In this document: positions 19,020 to 27,570 of the stretch, in pieces
Position numbering within the stretch: position 1 is the stretch's first letter
How the letters are laid out: each line of letters starts with the position of its first letter
Source of the DNA: an uncultured Rhizobiaceae bacterium
GTDB taxonomy: Bacteria > Pseudomonadota > Alphaproteobacteria > Rhizobiales > Rhizobiaceae
Direction of reading: 5' to 3'
Length of the DNA: 49,486 nucleotides
Assembly (NCBI GenBank): GCA_964514045.1
Contig: CAZEPF010000002.1
Coordinates: forward strand, 1-49,486
The notes under the pieces: generated by a model
Seen by the model: the letters and a program-made list of their open reading frames with translations, nothing else
What the model was told of the DNA's origin: nothing
Databases searched by the model: none
Translations under genes and position numbers: made by a program

Positions 19020-20127
19020 TCTGCCATTCCTCGTGAACGGACGCGTCCGTTTCCTGTTTGATTATCCTTTTACGCATATCGTGAAAGGTCTCAGGTTGTT
19101 CAAGTCTTGAATAGGCCCAAACTGCAGCACTGCGGACCACCGGATCAGGGTCTTCTAGGTGTGGTTTCACTGATTGTAAGAGTTCGGGTGTTTTTGAGTT
19201 TCCAATTGCAATGAGCACATTTCGGATGAACCGGTTTCTGCCAATACGTTTTATCGGGGAGCCTGAAAAGAAAGTGCGAAAATCCTTGTCATCCAGCGTT
19301 GCAAGCATGGCAAGGTCGGGGGCACGCAGTTCATCGCGGGCGGCGAGTTTTGCCTCTGCGGTTCTCTTCGCATATTTATTCCACGGACAGACGGCGAGAC
19401 AATCATCGCAGCCATAGATGCGATTTCCCATTTTTGAGCGAATTTCGCGTGGTATCGGGCCTGCGTGCTCGATGGTCAGGTAGGAAATGCACTTTCGTGC
19501 ATCGAGTTGATAAGGCGCAGGGAATGCGTCTGTTGGGCAAATATCAAGACAGGACTGACACGAGCCACAATGGTCTATCTCTTCCCTGTCAGGTTCAAAC
19601 TCTGCCGCAGATAAAATTGCGCCAAGAAACAGCCATGAACCAAACTCACGCGACACCAGATTGGTATGTTTGCCTTGCCAGCCGAGACCTGATTGCTGGG
19701 CTAAGGGTTTTTCCATAAGGGGTGCCGTATCCACGAATACTTTGACATCGCTTTGGGTTTGTGAGGAAATCCATCCAGCCAGCGTTTTGAGCTTGCCTTT
19801 TATGATGTCGTGATAATCGCGGTTTTGAGCATAGACGGAAATAGTTGCTTTTTCAGTGGTCAGAAGATTTTCCAGCGGATCACTGTCAGGCCCATAATTC
19901 ATGCCCAGCATAATGGCTGATTTTGCCCCATCCCACATGTTGCGTGGTGTCCGGCGACGCTCAAGCGTTGTTGAGAGCCACTCCATGCTGCCGTGATTGC
20001 CTTTCGTTACAAATTCATCAAGGCGGGTGCCTGTTGTCTCAGATAATTCTGCTTTTGTTATCCGGCAGACATCAAACCCAAGCGTTATAGCGCGGGCTTT
20101 GAGTATGTCTTCGAGCCGAGATTTCAC
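19012..20127 (-). CDS. queG: epoxyqueuosine reductase
   Basis: 371 aa with two 4Fe-4S ferredoxin motifs (CGSCQSCLDICP and CDDCLAVCPWN) and a HEAT-like C-terminal tail. Confidence 0.85.
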   Translation of the reverse strand: MKSRLEDILKARAITLGFDVCRITKAELSETTGTRLDEFVTKGNHGSMEWLSTTLERRRTPRNMWDGAKSAIMLGMNYGPDSDPLENLLTTEKATISVYAQNRDYHDIIKGKLKTLAGWISSQTQSDVKVFVDTAPLMEKPLAQQSGLGWQGKHTNLVSREFGSWLFLGAILSAAEFEPDREEIDHCGSCQSCLDICPTDAFPAPYQLDARKCISYLTIEHAGPIPREIRSKMGNRIYGCDDCLAVCPWNKYAKRTAEAKLAARDELRAPDLAMLATLDDKDFRTFFSGSPIKRIGRNRFIRNVLIAIGNSKTPELLQSVKPHLEDPDPVVRSAAVWAYSRLEQPETFHDMRKRIIKQETDASVHEEWQNG

Positions 20128-20132
20128 AACGA

Positions 20133-20825
20133 TTAAAAGTCCAGATCAACATAGTGAGAGGCGGGTGGTAGACCCATCACCTTGTCGCCTAGTAACGGGC
20201 GAAATGAAGGGCGGGATTTTACGCGTGCATACCATTCTTTGGCAGAAGGAAAGTGCTCCCATTTTACTTCGCCCAGATAATCTAGAACGGATAGTGCGCC
20301 AGCTGCTGCGAGGTCTGCGCATGTTATATCTGTGCCAGCAAGCCAGTCACGCCTACTGGCAATCGAGTTAAGATATTTCATGTGCTGAACCAGATTGGCG
20401 CGACCTGCTCTTATGATAGTTGAATCAGGAGAGCCACCGCCTTCTTCGGATCGCATCAATTGTTTGAAGACGCGTTCTTGAAGAATATATCGGTTTACCT
20501 CGGCTTCAAACTTTAACATGAACCATTCAACCAGCCTGCGAACCTCGCCGCGCTGGACCGAGTTTTCTGGCATAAGGCGTTTATCGCGCATCAGTGCGCC
20601 ACGGGTTTCATCCAGATATTCGCCTGCGATCATCGGACCGCAAAAACATTCGCCTTCTTCAAGTTGGAGAACGGGCAGTGTACCTGCAGGATTGAGCGTT
20701 AGAAATTCCGGCCTGCGCTGCCAGATTTTTTCTTCCAGAAAGGTTGCGGCCTGTTCATATTCAGCAAGCAATAATCGCACATAGCGCGATCCTGAATTCA
20801 TAGAGTGATGGTAAACCGTGTACAT
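20133..20825 (-). CDS. glutathione S-transferase family protein
   Basis: 230 aa with an N-terminal thioredoxin-like GST fold (SGSRYVRLLLAEYE...NPAGTLPVL) and a helical C-domain. Confidence 0.75.
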   Translation of the reverse strand: MYTVYHHSMNSGSRYVRLLLAEYEQAATFLEEKIWQRRPEFLTLNPAGTLPVLQLEEGECFCGPMIAGEYLDETRGALMRDKRLMPENSVQRGEVRRLVEWFMLKFEAEVNRYILQERVFKQLMRSEEGGGSPDSTIIRAGRANLVQHMKYLNSIASRRDWLAGTDITCADLAAAGALSVLDYLGEVKWEHFPSAKEWYARVKSRPSFRPLLGDKVMGLPPASHYVDLDF

Positions 20826-20932
20826 GGGGTCTAGAATTTATGCTGCGAACATGAAAAAGAGGAATCGACTTGTATTCAAACGGACACTAGTTGGACACTC
20901 AAGCTTTCGCAAGCGTAAGAGGGCATAGGACC

Positions 20933-21763
20933 ATGACACCAGAACAGATTATCGTACTTGCTATTGTGCAGGGCATCACGGAGTTTCTGCCGATTTCATC
21001 ATCGGGGCATCTTGCATTGATCCCTGCACTGACCGGATGGCCGGACCAAGGCCAATTGGTTGATGTGATGGTGCATGTGGGATCATTGTTCGCGGTGATT
21101 GCCTATTTCTGGCGGGATGTCATCAAGCTAATTGGCGGTGGGCTTGATCTCTTGCGCCTCCGCATGAATGATAATTCGCGCATGGCTTTATACATATTGT
21201 TGGCCACCATTCCTGCGGTTGTTTTTGGCCTGTTTTTGAAAAAATCTGGCATGGCCGATAATCTGCGAAGTGTAGAGGTTATCGCATGGAACGCTATAAT
21301 CTTTGGTATTCTGCTTTATGTTGCAGATGTTATGGGGCCTCATCTCAAACGTATGGAAGACATGAAACTTCCGCCTGCGCTAATCATCGGGCTTGCTCAA
21401 GCGGTTGCCCTTATTCCGGGAACCAGCCGTTCTGGCATTACAATGACTGCGGCACGTTTCCTAGGATTTGAAAGACCGGAAGCGGCGCGATTCTCCTTTT
21501 TGTTGGGTATTCCGGCAATTGCAGGTGCGGGTGCGTTTGTAACGCTTGATGCGATTGAAGCTGGAATTCCAATTTCATCAGATGCGATTTGGGCTGCGGT
21601 ACTTACTTTTTTTGCGGCTCTTGTGGCAATTGCAGTGCTTATGGCGATGGTGAAGCGGATGAGTTTCTTCATCTTCATGGTCTACCGTCTGGCACTCGCG
21701 CTGGTCTTGTTTGCACTCCTGTATGAGTGGATCCCAGGCTATAGTCTATCATTGAGTGCTTAG
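20933..21763 (+). CDS. uppP: undecaprenyl-diphosphate phosphatase
   Basis: BacA/UppP motifs QGITEFLPISSSGHL and PGTSRSGITM are present. ATG 20933 gives a typical N-terminus, whereas the TTG at 20891 adds 14 unlikely residues. Confidence 0.9.
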   Translation: MTPEQIIVLAIVQGITEFLPISSSGHLALIPALTGWPDQGQLVDVMVHVGSLFAVIAYFWRDVIKLIGGGLDLLRLRMNDNSRMALYILLATIPAVVFGLFLKKSGMADNLRSVEVIAWNAIIFGILLYVADVMGPHLKRMEDMKLPPALIIGLAQAVALIPGTSRSGITMTAARFLGFERPEAARFSFLLGIPAIAGAGAFVTLDAIEAGIPISSDAIWAAVLTFFAALVAIAVLMAMVKRMSFFIFMVYRLALALVLFALLYEWIPGYSLSLSA

Positions 21764-21792
21764 GGTCCTGATCCTAGGGTCCTTGACCCTAG
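21760..21792. repeat. two abutting copies of the TAGGGTC...GA(C/T)CC(TAG) palindromic unit between convergent uppP and TauE genes
   Basis: One copy is TAGGGTCCTGATCCTAGG (21761-21778). The other is a perfect hairpin CTAGGGTC-CTT-GACCCTAG (21774-21792). Both flanking stop codons lie inside the units. Confidence 0.7.
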
Positions 21793-22424
21793 CCCAATAC
21801 CCCTCGGTGCAGCATGTCGAGGGAGACCAATGTCAGTGTGGTTTTGAAAAGAAGTTTCAATGCTTTTTCCGGTAACCGGTTCATGATGGCGGTTCCGGCG
21901 AGCGTGCCCAAATAACCAGATGCGATGATCATTACGATTAAGGGCAGCCATTGGGTAAATGAAAAACCCGCCACCGCGAACGCTAGAACCTTAATGCCAT
22001 GCTGAGCGACCATGCTTGCGCCATGGGTGGCGACCATGCGTTTATGATCTGAAAATAACTGGTTGAGAAATACAGCAACCAATGGGCCTGTTGCACCCAC
22101 AAACATTGAGACAAACGTAGTTACCAATCCACCTGCGCCGATTATTAAAGCGTTGGCATTTTTGATTTTTGGAAATTTGAACCAGACCAGAACGAAAATG
22201 AATATGCCGAGGATGATCAGAAGCGTTTGTTTGGGGAGTTGCAATGCGATGCTTGCACCAGCAATGGCGCCGATGATGGCGCCAATTAGAAAAACACCTG
22301 TAATGCGCCATTCAACGTTTTGTCTTTGTATGAATGTACGCGAGGAGTTTGCGCCAAATTGCACAAGGCCGTGTACCGCAATCAGGGCGGATATGGGTAT
22401 TAGGTAAGTCATCAAGGCAAGCAT
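21789..22424 (-). CDS. TauE/SafE-family anion exporter permease; probably extends upstream to a non-canonical start near 22535
   Basis: The ATG-initiated ORF is 211 aa and multi-TM. The same frame stays open upstream and encodes the family-typical first helix LLIFASFFTAGLTAAAGIGGGLL, but has no ATG/GTG/TTG. Confidence 0.75.
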   Translation of the reverse strand: MLALMTYLIPISALIAVHGLVQFGANSSRTFIQRQNVEWRITGVFLIGAIIGAIAGASIALQLPKQTLLIILGIFIFVLVWFKFPKIKNANALIIGAGGLVTTFVSMFVGATGPLVAVFLNQLFSDHKRMVATHGASMVAQHGIKVLAFAVAGFSFTQWLPLIVMIIASGYLGTLAGTAIMNRLPEKALKLLFKTTLTLVSLDMLHRGVLG

Positions 22425-22537
22425 GAGTAATCCGCCGCCAATGCCGGCTGCAGCCGTAAGGCCGGCCGTAAAAAAGCTTGCAAAAATAAGAAGCCCGGCA
22501 GACAGCCAGTCAACAGAGTGTGGAAGCAGTTCCAGCG

Positions 22538-23515
22538 TCAGCTTTCCTTGCGATCCATATCCGTGAATTGCCCCTGCGGACGATATTGCACGAGATAGGA
22601 TGGCAGGATGATTGCCATTGGTGTGGGTTGAATGCCCATTCCGGACAAGGTGCGGTTGGTTTTAATCGCATCATCACAAACCACATTATCGCTTTTTAAC
22701 ATCTCTACCTGATCTGCTGTGATAGGTGCGCCAGGCAACCAGCCAATCAATCTGCCTATGATGCTTGCAACAAACCATGGAAGGCTGATGAACATGCGTG
22801 ACCGCGCAACTTCCTTCAGCATCAATTCCAGACATTCACGGAAGGTTTTAATGTGCGGGCCGCCTAGTTCGTAAATCTTGCCATCAGATAGTTCGCCATC
22901 GACAGCTTTTGCAATTGCATCGGCCACATCGCCCACGTAGACAGGTTGGAATTTGGTTGTGCCACCACCGATCAAAGGTAGGAAAGGTGAAAAGCGTGAC
23001 ATGGAGCCGAAACGATTGAAGAAGTCATCTTCCGGTCCGAATATGATTGACGGGCGCATGATAATTGCAGAACGAACAATATCTTTTACAGCCTTTTCGG
23101 CCTTGCCTTTTGTCTCGCCATAACCGGATTCTGATTCAGCATCTGCGCCAATCGCCGACATATGAATGAGCTTTGCGCCAACCTCTTTTGCAGCCCGCGC
23201 CACATGTTGCGCGCCATAAAACTGAACTGCGTCAAATTTCTGTTTGCCGCTTTCTGCCAGAATGCCCACCAGGTTGATGATAATGTCAGAGCCTTTTGCA
23301 GCGGCCTTGATGGAATCAGGATAGCGCAGATTGGCTTGGGTCAAATGGATCTGCCCGACATTGCCAATCGGTTGTAAGTGTCCTGCAAGATCGGGTCTGC
23401 GAACCGCTACGCGAACGCGGTACCCGCGATTTACAAGGGCGCGCACAACATATCGACCTACAAATCCTGAGCCGCCGAAGATTGTTACCAATTTGGGTGA
23501 GGTGGATATTTTCAT
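22538..23515 (-). CDS. complex I NDUFA9-like / NAD-dependent epimerase-family SDR
   Basis: The protein starts MKISTSPKLVTIFGGSGFVGRYVV (Rossmann GxxGxxG) at ATG 23515. It is ~325 aa. Confidence 0.75.
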   Translation of the reverse strand: MKISTSPKLVTIFGGSGFVGRYVVRALVNRGYRVRVAVRRPDLAGHLQPIGNVGQIHLTQANLRYPDSIKAAAKGSDIIINLVGILAESGKQKFDAVQFYGAQHVARAAKEVGAKLIHMSAIGADAESESGYGETKGKAEKAVKDIVRSAIIMRPSIIFGPEDDFFNRFGSMSRFSPFLPLIGGGTTKFQPVYVGDVADAIAKAVDGELSDGKIYELGGPHIKTFRECLELMLKEVARSRMFISLPWFVASIIGRLIGWLPGAPITADQVEMLKSDNVVCDDAIKTNRTLSGMGIQPTPMAIILPSYLVQYRPQGQFTDMDRKES

Positions 23516-23648
23516 GGATGTCTTACAACCTGTTATCTGAACTATGATGCTGACACCCATAAAGCGCCAGCATTTTCTCTAATTCGTGCATAGCCTGTAA
23601 CGACTAAAAATTAAAGCCACCTCAGATGAATTTGGGCCGTGATTATCA

Positions 23649-25025
23649 TCACCGCGTTATGATTTCGGGTCCCATCAATTGAGTAGGAAGCCATGTCGAG
23701 ATAATCGGAACGTAGGTGACCAAAATCAAGAAGATGAACATGATGCCAACCCATGGAAGGGCGGCTTTCACCACATCGGTCACCGACATTTTTGCTACCC
23801 CTGCCGTAACGAACAGGTTTAACCCGACGGGGGGTGTAATCATCCCAATCTCCATGTTGACGACCATGATGATGCCGAGGTGGATAGGGTCGATTCCCAG
23901 TTCCATAGCAATTGGAAAAACAAGCGGTGCGACAATAATCAAAAGGCCTGACGGTTCCATGAATTGTCCGCCAATCAACAGGATGATATTGACGACGATC
24001 AGGAACATGATCGGGCCTAAGCCAGCGGCAAGCATAGCTTCCGTGATGACCTGCGGGATGCGTTCTTCGGTCAGGACATGTTTCAAGATCAACGCGTTTG
24101 CGATGATGAACAGTAACATGATCGTAAGCTTGCCCGCTTCAAACAATGTCTTACGGGTATCGTCGTGGAACCATGCGGTGAACAGTGCTTGTGGGCGTTT
24201 TAACAGGCTTAAGTTTTGATCGCCCTCTTTGGTGCTTAACGGGCCCATATCGCGATAGACAAAATTGGCGATTATGAAGGCATATATGGCAGCCACGGCT
24301 GCTGCTTCAGTAGGGGTGAATACTCCGCCATATATGCCGCCCAAAATAATGACGATCAGAAACAGTCCCCAAAACGCCTCTTTGCCTGACGATAGGATTT
24401 CACCAAATCCGGCAAATGGTTGGGAGGGCAGGCCTTTAACTTTGGCCCATATGAAAATTCCCATCATTAACATCAGGCCAGCGAGAATGCCCGGAAATAC
24501 ACCAGCCAAGAACATCCGGCCAACAGAGACATCTGTTGCAGCTGCGTAGACCACCATCACGATGGACGGGGGAATGAGAATGCCGAGTGTGCCAGCATTA
24601 CAAATTACGCCTGCGGCAAATTCTTTTGTGTAGCCCACCTGCCTCATGCCAGCGATGACGATGGAGCCGATGGCAACCACGGTAGCCGGTGATGAGCCGG
24701 AAAGGGCAGCAAACATCATGCACGCAAAGACCGATGCGATTGCTAGTCCGCCAGAAAAATGCCCCACACATGCAATGGCAAATCGGATGATGCGGCGCGC
24801 TACGCCACCCGTTGACATAAAGGTGGATGCCAGAATGAAAAACGGAATGGCAAGCAATGTATAGTGTCCGTCAAAGGCGGAAAATAGTGTTTGCGCGATT
24901 GAGGCAAGCGAGCCGTCAGAATAGGCAAGTAGGAATAAAATGCTGGAAAGACCAAGCGAGACTGCAATCGGAACACCAATCAGCATAAGACCAATGACAA
25001 GCGCGAAGAGGAGGATAATTTCCAT
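23649..25025 (-). CDS. dctM: TRAP transporter large permease
   Basis: 458 aa, highly hydrophobic, DctM-like. Its ATG overlaps the dctQ stop codon TAA by 1 nt (position 25025). Confidence 0.9.
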   Translation of the reverse strand: MEIILLFALVIGLMLIGVPIAVSLGLSSILFLLAYSDGSLASIAQTLFSAFDGHYTLLAIPFFILASTFMSTGGVARRIIRFAIACVGHFSGGLAIASVFACMMFAALSGSSPATVVAIGSIVIAGMRQVGYTKEFAAGVICNAGTLGILIPPSIVMVVYAAATDVSVGRMFLAGVFPGILAGLMLMMGIFIWAKVKGLPSQPFAGFGEILSSGKEAFWGLFLIVIILGGIYGGVFTPTEAAAVAAIYAFIIANFVYRDMGPLSTKEGDQNLSLLKRPQALFTAWFHDDTRKTLFEAGKLTIMLLFIIANALILKHVLTEERIPQVITEAMLAAGLGPIMFLIVVNIILLIGGQFMEPSGLLIIVAPLVFPIAMELGIDPIHLGIIMVVNMEIGMITPPVGLNLFVTAGVAKMSVTDVVKAALPWVGIMFIFLILVTYVPIISTWLPTQLMGPEIITR

Positions 25026-25648
25026 TATCGTGCCTCCTCGTTTGAGGAGACTTCATCCATCATTTCCTCGGCCTCGTGGCCTGCAATGATGAGGTTTTGC
25101 TCTCCTGAGATCACGCGCAACGTGGCTTGGATAATGCGGAACAAAAACAACGCCATGCCTAGGGGAAGCGCAAAATACGGAATGAACCTTGGTAGCTTTT
25201 CGTAAGCCTCGCCATCGTTAAATACGTCTTTCATCCATGCAAGAAAGAAAGGAACCGGAATATCCTCGGTTTCGTAGAATGCACGCTTGCCAATAAATGG
25301 CGACCAGTAATCCCACGCGCCTTTCAACAGCAAGGCTGCGAAAAGAAAACATGCAAAGCAAGCTACAAGTGTGAGAAATTTGCGCAAGGATGGAGGCACT
25401 GAATTCACCACAACATCAACGCCAATGTGAAACGATTTTTTCACCCCGTAGGACGCGCCGATCAATACCAGCCACGCAAATAAAAATACGGTGAGTTCCA
25501 ATGCCCAAAGAATGTTGGAATTGAAAACATAACGTGCGACCACATTGGCAAAGGTGAGGATTGTCATCAGTCCAAGCGTGATTGCGATAAACGTTTCTTC
25601 TATTGTGTCGATGAATGACGATTTTGGAGGTGCCATCGTAAGTACCAA
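25025..25648 (-). CDS. dctQ: TRAP transporter small permease
   Basis: ~205 aa with 4 TM segments, placed between dctP and dctM. The start is either TTG 25648 or ATG 25636. Confidence 0.85.
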   Translation of the reverse strand: MVLTMAPPKSSFIDTIEETFIAITLGLMTILTFANVVARYVFNSNILWALELTVFLFAWLVLIGASYGVKKSFHIGVDVVVNSVPPSLRKFLTLVACFACFLFAALLLKGAWDYWSPFIGKRAFYETEDIPVPFFLAWMKDVFNDGEAYEKLPRFIPYFALPLGMALFLFRIIQATLRVISGEQNLIIAGHEAEEMMDEVSSNEEAR

Positions 25649-25687
25649 ATCAAAAGAACGGACAGTGCAGGTTAAAAACCCTGAGTG

Positions 25688-25721
25688 GAAAAAATAATCC
25701 CCGATGGTTAGGTCGGGGATT
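25688..25721 (-). terminator. intercistronic hairpin plus U-run after dctP (partial terminator/attenuator)
   Basis: 9-bp stem AATCCCCGA/TCGGGGATT (25696-25704/25713-25721) with an 8-nt loop. On the minus strand it is followed by TTATTTTTTCC. Confidence 0.6.
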
Positions 25722-25735
25722 AAGAAAGTTAAGTC

Positions 25736-26731
25736 TTAGTTTGTCGCTTGCGCGGCATCGATGAGGTCTTTGCCCACATCGCCTTCAAACTTTGACCATA
25801 CAGGCTTGAGTGTTTCGACCCATGCTGCACGTTGTTCTGGTGTCAGTGTGCGAATAGTGCCGCCAGCTTCAACGATCTTTGCTTTGTTTTCCTGGTTCAC
25901 TGCAAAAGACTGTTTGTTGCGTGAAACCGTGACTTCCTCCAGGATGGTTGCGAGTTGATCGCGCACGCCCGCATCAAGGCCGTTCCACCATTCATCTGAC
26001 GTCACTACCAGATAATCGATAATGCCGTGATTTGTTTCGGTCACACCGTCCTGAACTTCAAAGAACTTTTTACCATAGATGTTTGACCATGTGTTTTCCT
26101 GGCCGTCGATAACTTTGGTTTGCAACCCGCCATAGACTTCCTTGAAAGACATTTTTTGTGGTGAAGCACCAAGCTGCTCAAATTGTGCAACTAGAACGTC
26201 AGATGACTGAACGCGAAATTTCAAGCCTGATGCGTCGCTTGGATTGATCAATGGCTTGGAGGCAGACATTTGCTTCATGCCATTGTGCCAGAACGCAAGA
26301 CCTTTCAGGCCACGCTTGACCATCGAGTTCTTTAATGCCTGTCCGGCATCAGAGTTTTGGAACGCATCCACAGCTTCAATATTGGCAAACATGAAGGGTA
26401 GATCAAAGATGCGGAACTTCTTGGTGAATTTCTCAAACTTTGACAGGGAAGGCGCTGCCATCTGAACATCACCGTTTAGAAGGGCTTCAAGCACTTTATT
26501 GTCGTCATACAGTGTGGAGTTCGGGAAAACTTCCATACAGGCTTTGCCGTTCATCTCTTCATTAACCCGCTTTTCGAGCACAGATGCTGCAATACCTTTC
26601 GGGTGCTTATCTGTATTTGTTACGTGGCTGAATTTAATGACAGTTTCGCCTGGATCGCATGCTGCGTAGGCTGCTGCAGATGTTGCCATGAGCATTGCGG
26701 ATGCAATTGCGAGTTTCTTGAATACTTTCAT
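25736..26731 (-). CDS. dctP: TRAP transporter solute-binding protein, C4-dicarboxylate (DctP) type
   Basis: 331 aa with a signal peptide ending AAAYA. DctP-family blocks are present (IKFSHV, LYDDNKVLEALLNGDVQMAAPS, FDLPFMF). Confidence 0.85.
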   Translation of the reverse strand: MKVFKKLAIASAMLMATSAAAYAACDPGETVIKFSHVTNTDKHPKGIAASVLEKRVNEEMNGKACMEVFPNSTLYDDNKVLEALLNGDVQMAAPSLSKFEKFTKKFRIFDLPFMFANIEAVDAFQNSDAGQALKNSMVKRGLKGLAFWHNGMKQMSASKPLINPSDASGLKFRVQSSDVLVAQFEQLGASPQKMSFKEVYGGLQTKVIDGQENTWSNIYGKKFFEVQDGVTETNHGIIDYLVVTSDEWWNGLDAGVRDQLATILEEVTVSRNKQSFAVNQENKAKIVEAGGTIRTLTPEQRAAWVETLKPVWSKFEGDVGKDLIDAAQATN

Positions 26732-26967
26732 TGTTTGTCTCCTCTGACTGAAATTCTAAGTAGAGACTATGAAAAATGATGCTCTAAAGCAAAACTAGGC
26801 AAGTTTCTGCCAGATTAACCAATTAAGTTAAATTTCAGATTGGCTAGTGCATCAAAATTGACGTTACGTCATATCTGTGTCACATGGTTTACAAGAAGTT
26901 AATAAATTGATGCCATAATTGTGGCCTAATGATTTGGTCTGCTTGGATGGGCGTTAGTGAGGGCGTA

Positions 26968-27528
26968 ATGCGTATTTTACCTGTAATATCTGTTTTTTGT
27001 GGTGTGTTGGCCTTGTATGGCTGCACGCGGTCTTCCAATGCGTTGAATGTGAACACGCAGGCACCGCCACAGCCACTTCCTTCTGCGCCATCTGGACAAT
27101 TACAATCGGCTCAATTGGAGCAACTGCCTTCAACAACCGCTGAAACTGCTGCGCCAACAACGGCTGATGCGGCGCCTTCTGCGCCTACCGTTGCTGATCA
27201 GCAACCCGTACAAACAGCGGCACTTGATACGACGCAAACGTCCGCACCAATTAGTCATGAGGGCATGACAGGTGCGTGGAATGTAAATTCTGACAGTGCC
27301 GGATGCCGTGTGTTCTTATCCTTCACAAAGTGGGAAGGTGGATATCGTGCAGGAACCCGTCAGTGCAGTGCGCCGGAACTTTCCAGCGTATCGGCTTGGG
27401 ACGTTAAAAATAACAAGGTTCTCCTGATCGATCGCAACGGGGCGCAAGTTGCCACGCTTGGGTCTGCGGGTAGCGAGCGCTATGCGGGTGCACTTGTCGG
27501 TGGAAAACCGATTACCTTTTCACGTTAG
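26968..27528 (+). CDS. omp19: Omp19-like outer-membrane lipoprotein, Inh/AprI protease-inhibitor family
   Basis: The signal peptide has a lipobox (VLALYG-C) and is followed by a Pro/Ala/Thr/Gln-rich linker. The C-terminal domain GAWNVNSDSAGCRVFLS...GYRAGTRQCSAPEL...AWDVKNNKVLLIDRNG...KPITFSR parallels Brucella Omp19 as I remember it. Confidence 0.7.
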   Translation: MRILPVISVFCGVLALYGCTRSSNALNVNTQAPPQPLPSAPSGQLQSAQLEQLPSTTAETAAPTTADAAPSAPTVADQQPVQTAALDTTQTSAPISHEGMTGAWNVNSDSAGCRVFLSFTKWEGGYRAGTRQCSAPELSSVSAWDVKNNKVLLIDRNGAQVATLGSAGSERYAGALVGGKPITFSR

Positions 27529-27570
27529 GCCAATTGCCTAACGTGTGTTTGGGTGTAAGCTGTTTCGCTG

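Noticed and set aside
26798-26814. Sigma54-like -24/-12 element upstream of dctP: minus strand TCTGGCAGAAACTTGCC.
   Set aside because: The GG to GC spacing is one nucleotide shorter than the invariant TGGCAC-N5-TTGC geometry, so I do not call it a sigma54 promoter. It remains worth rechecking if a DctD-type activator is found in the genome.
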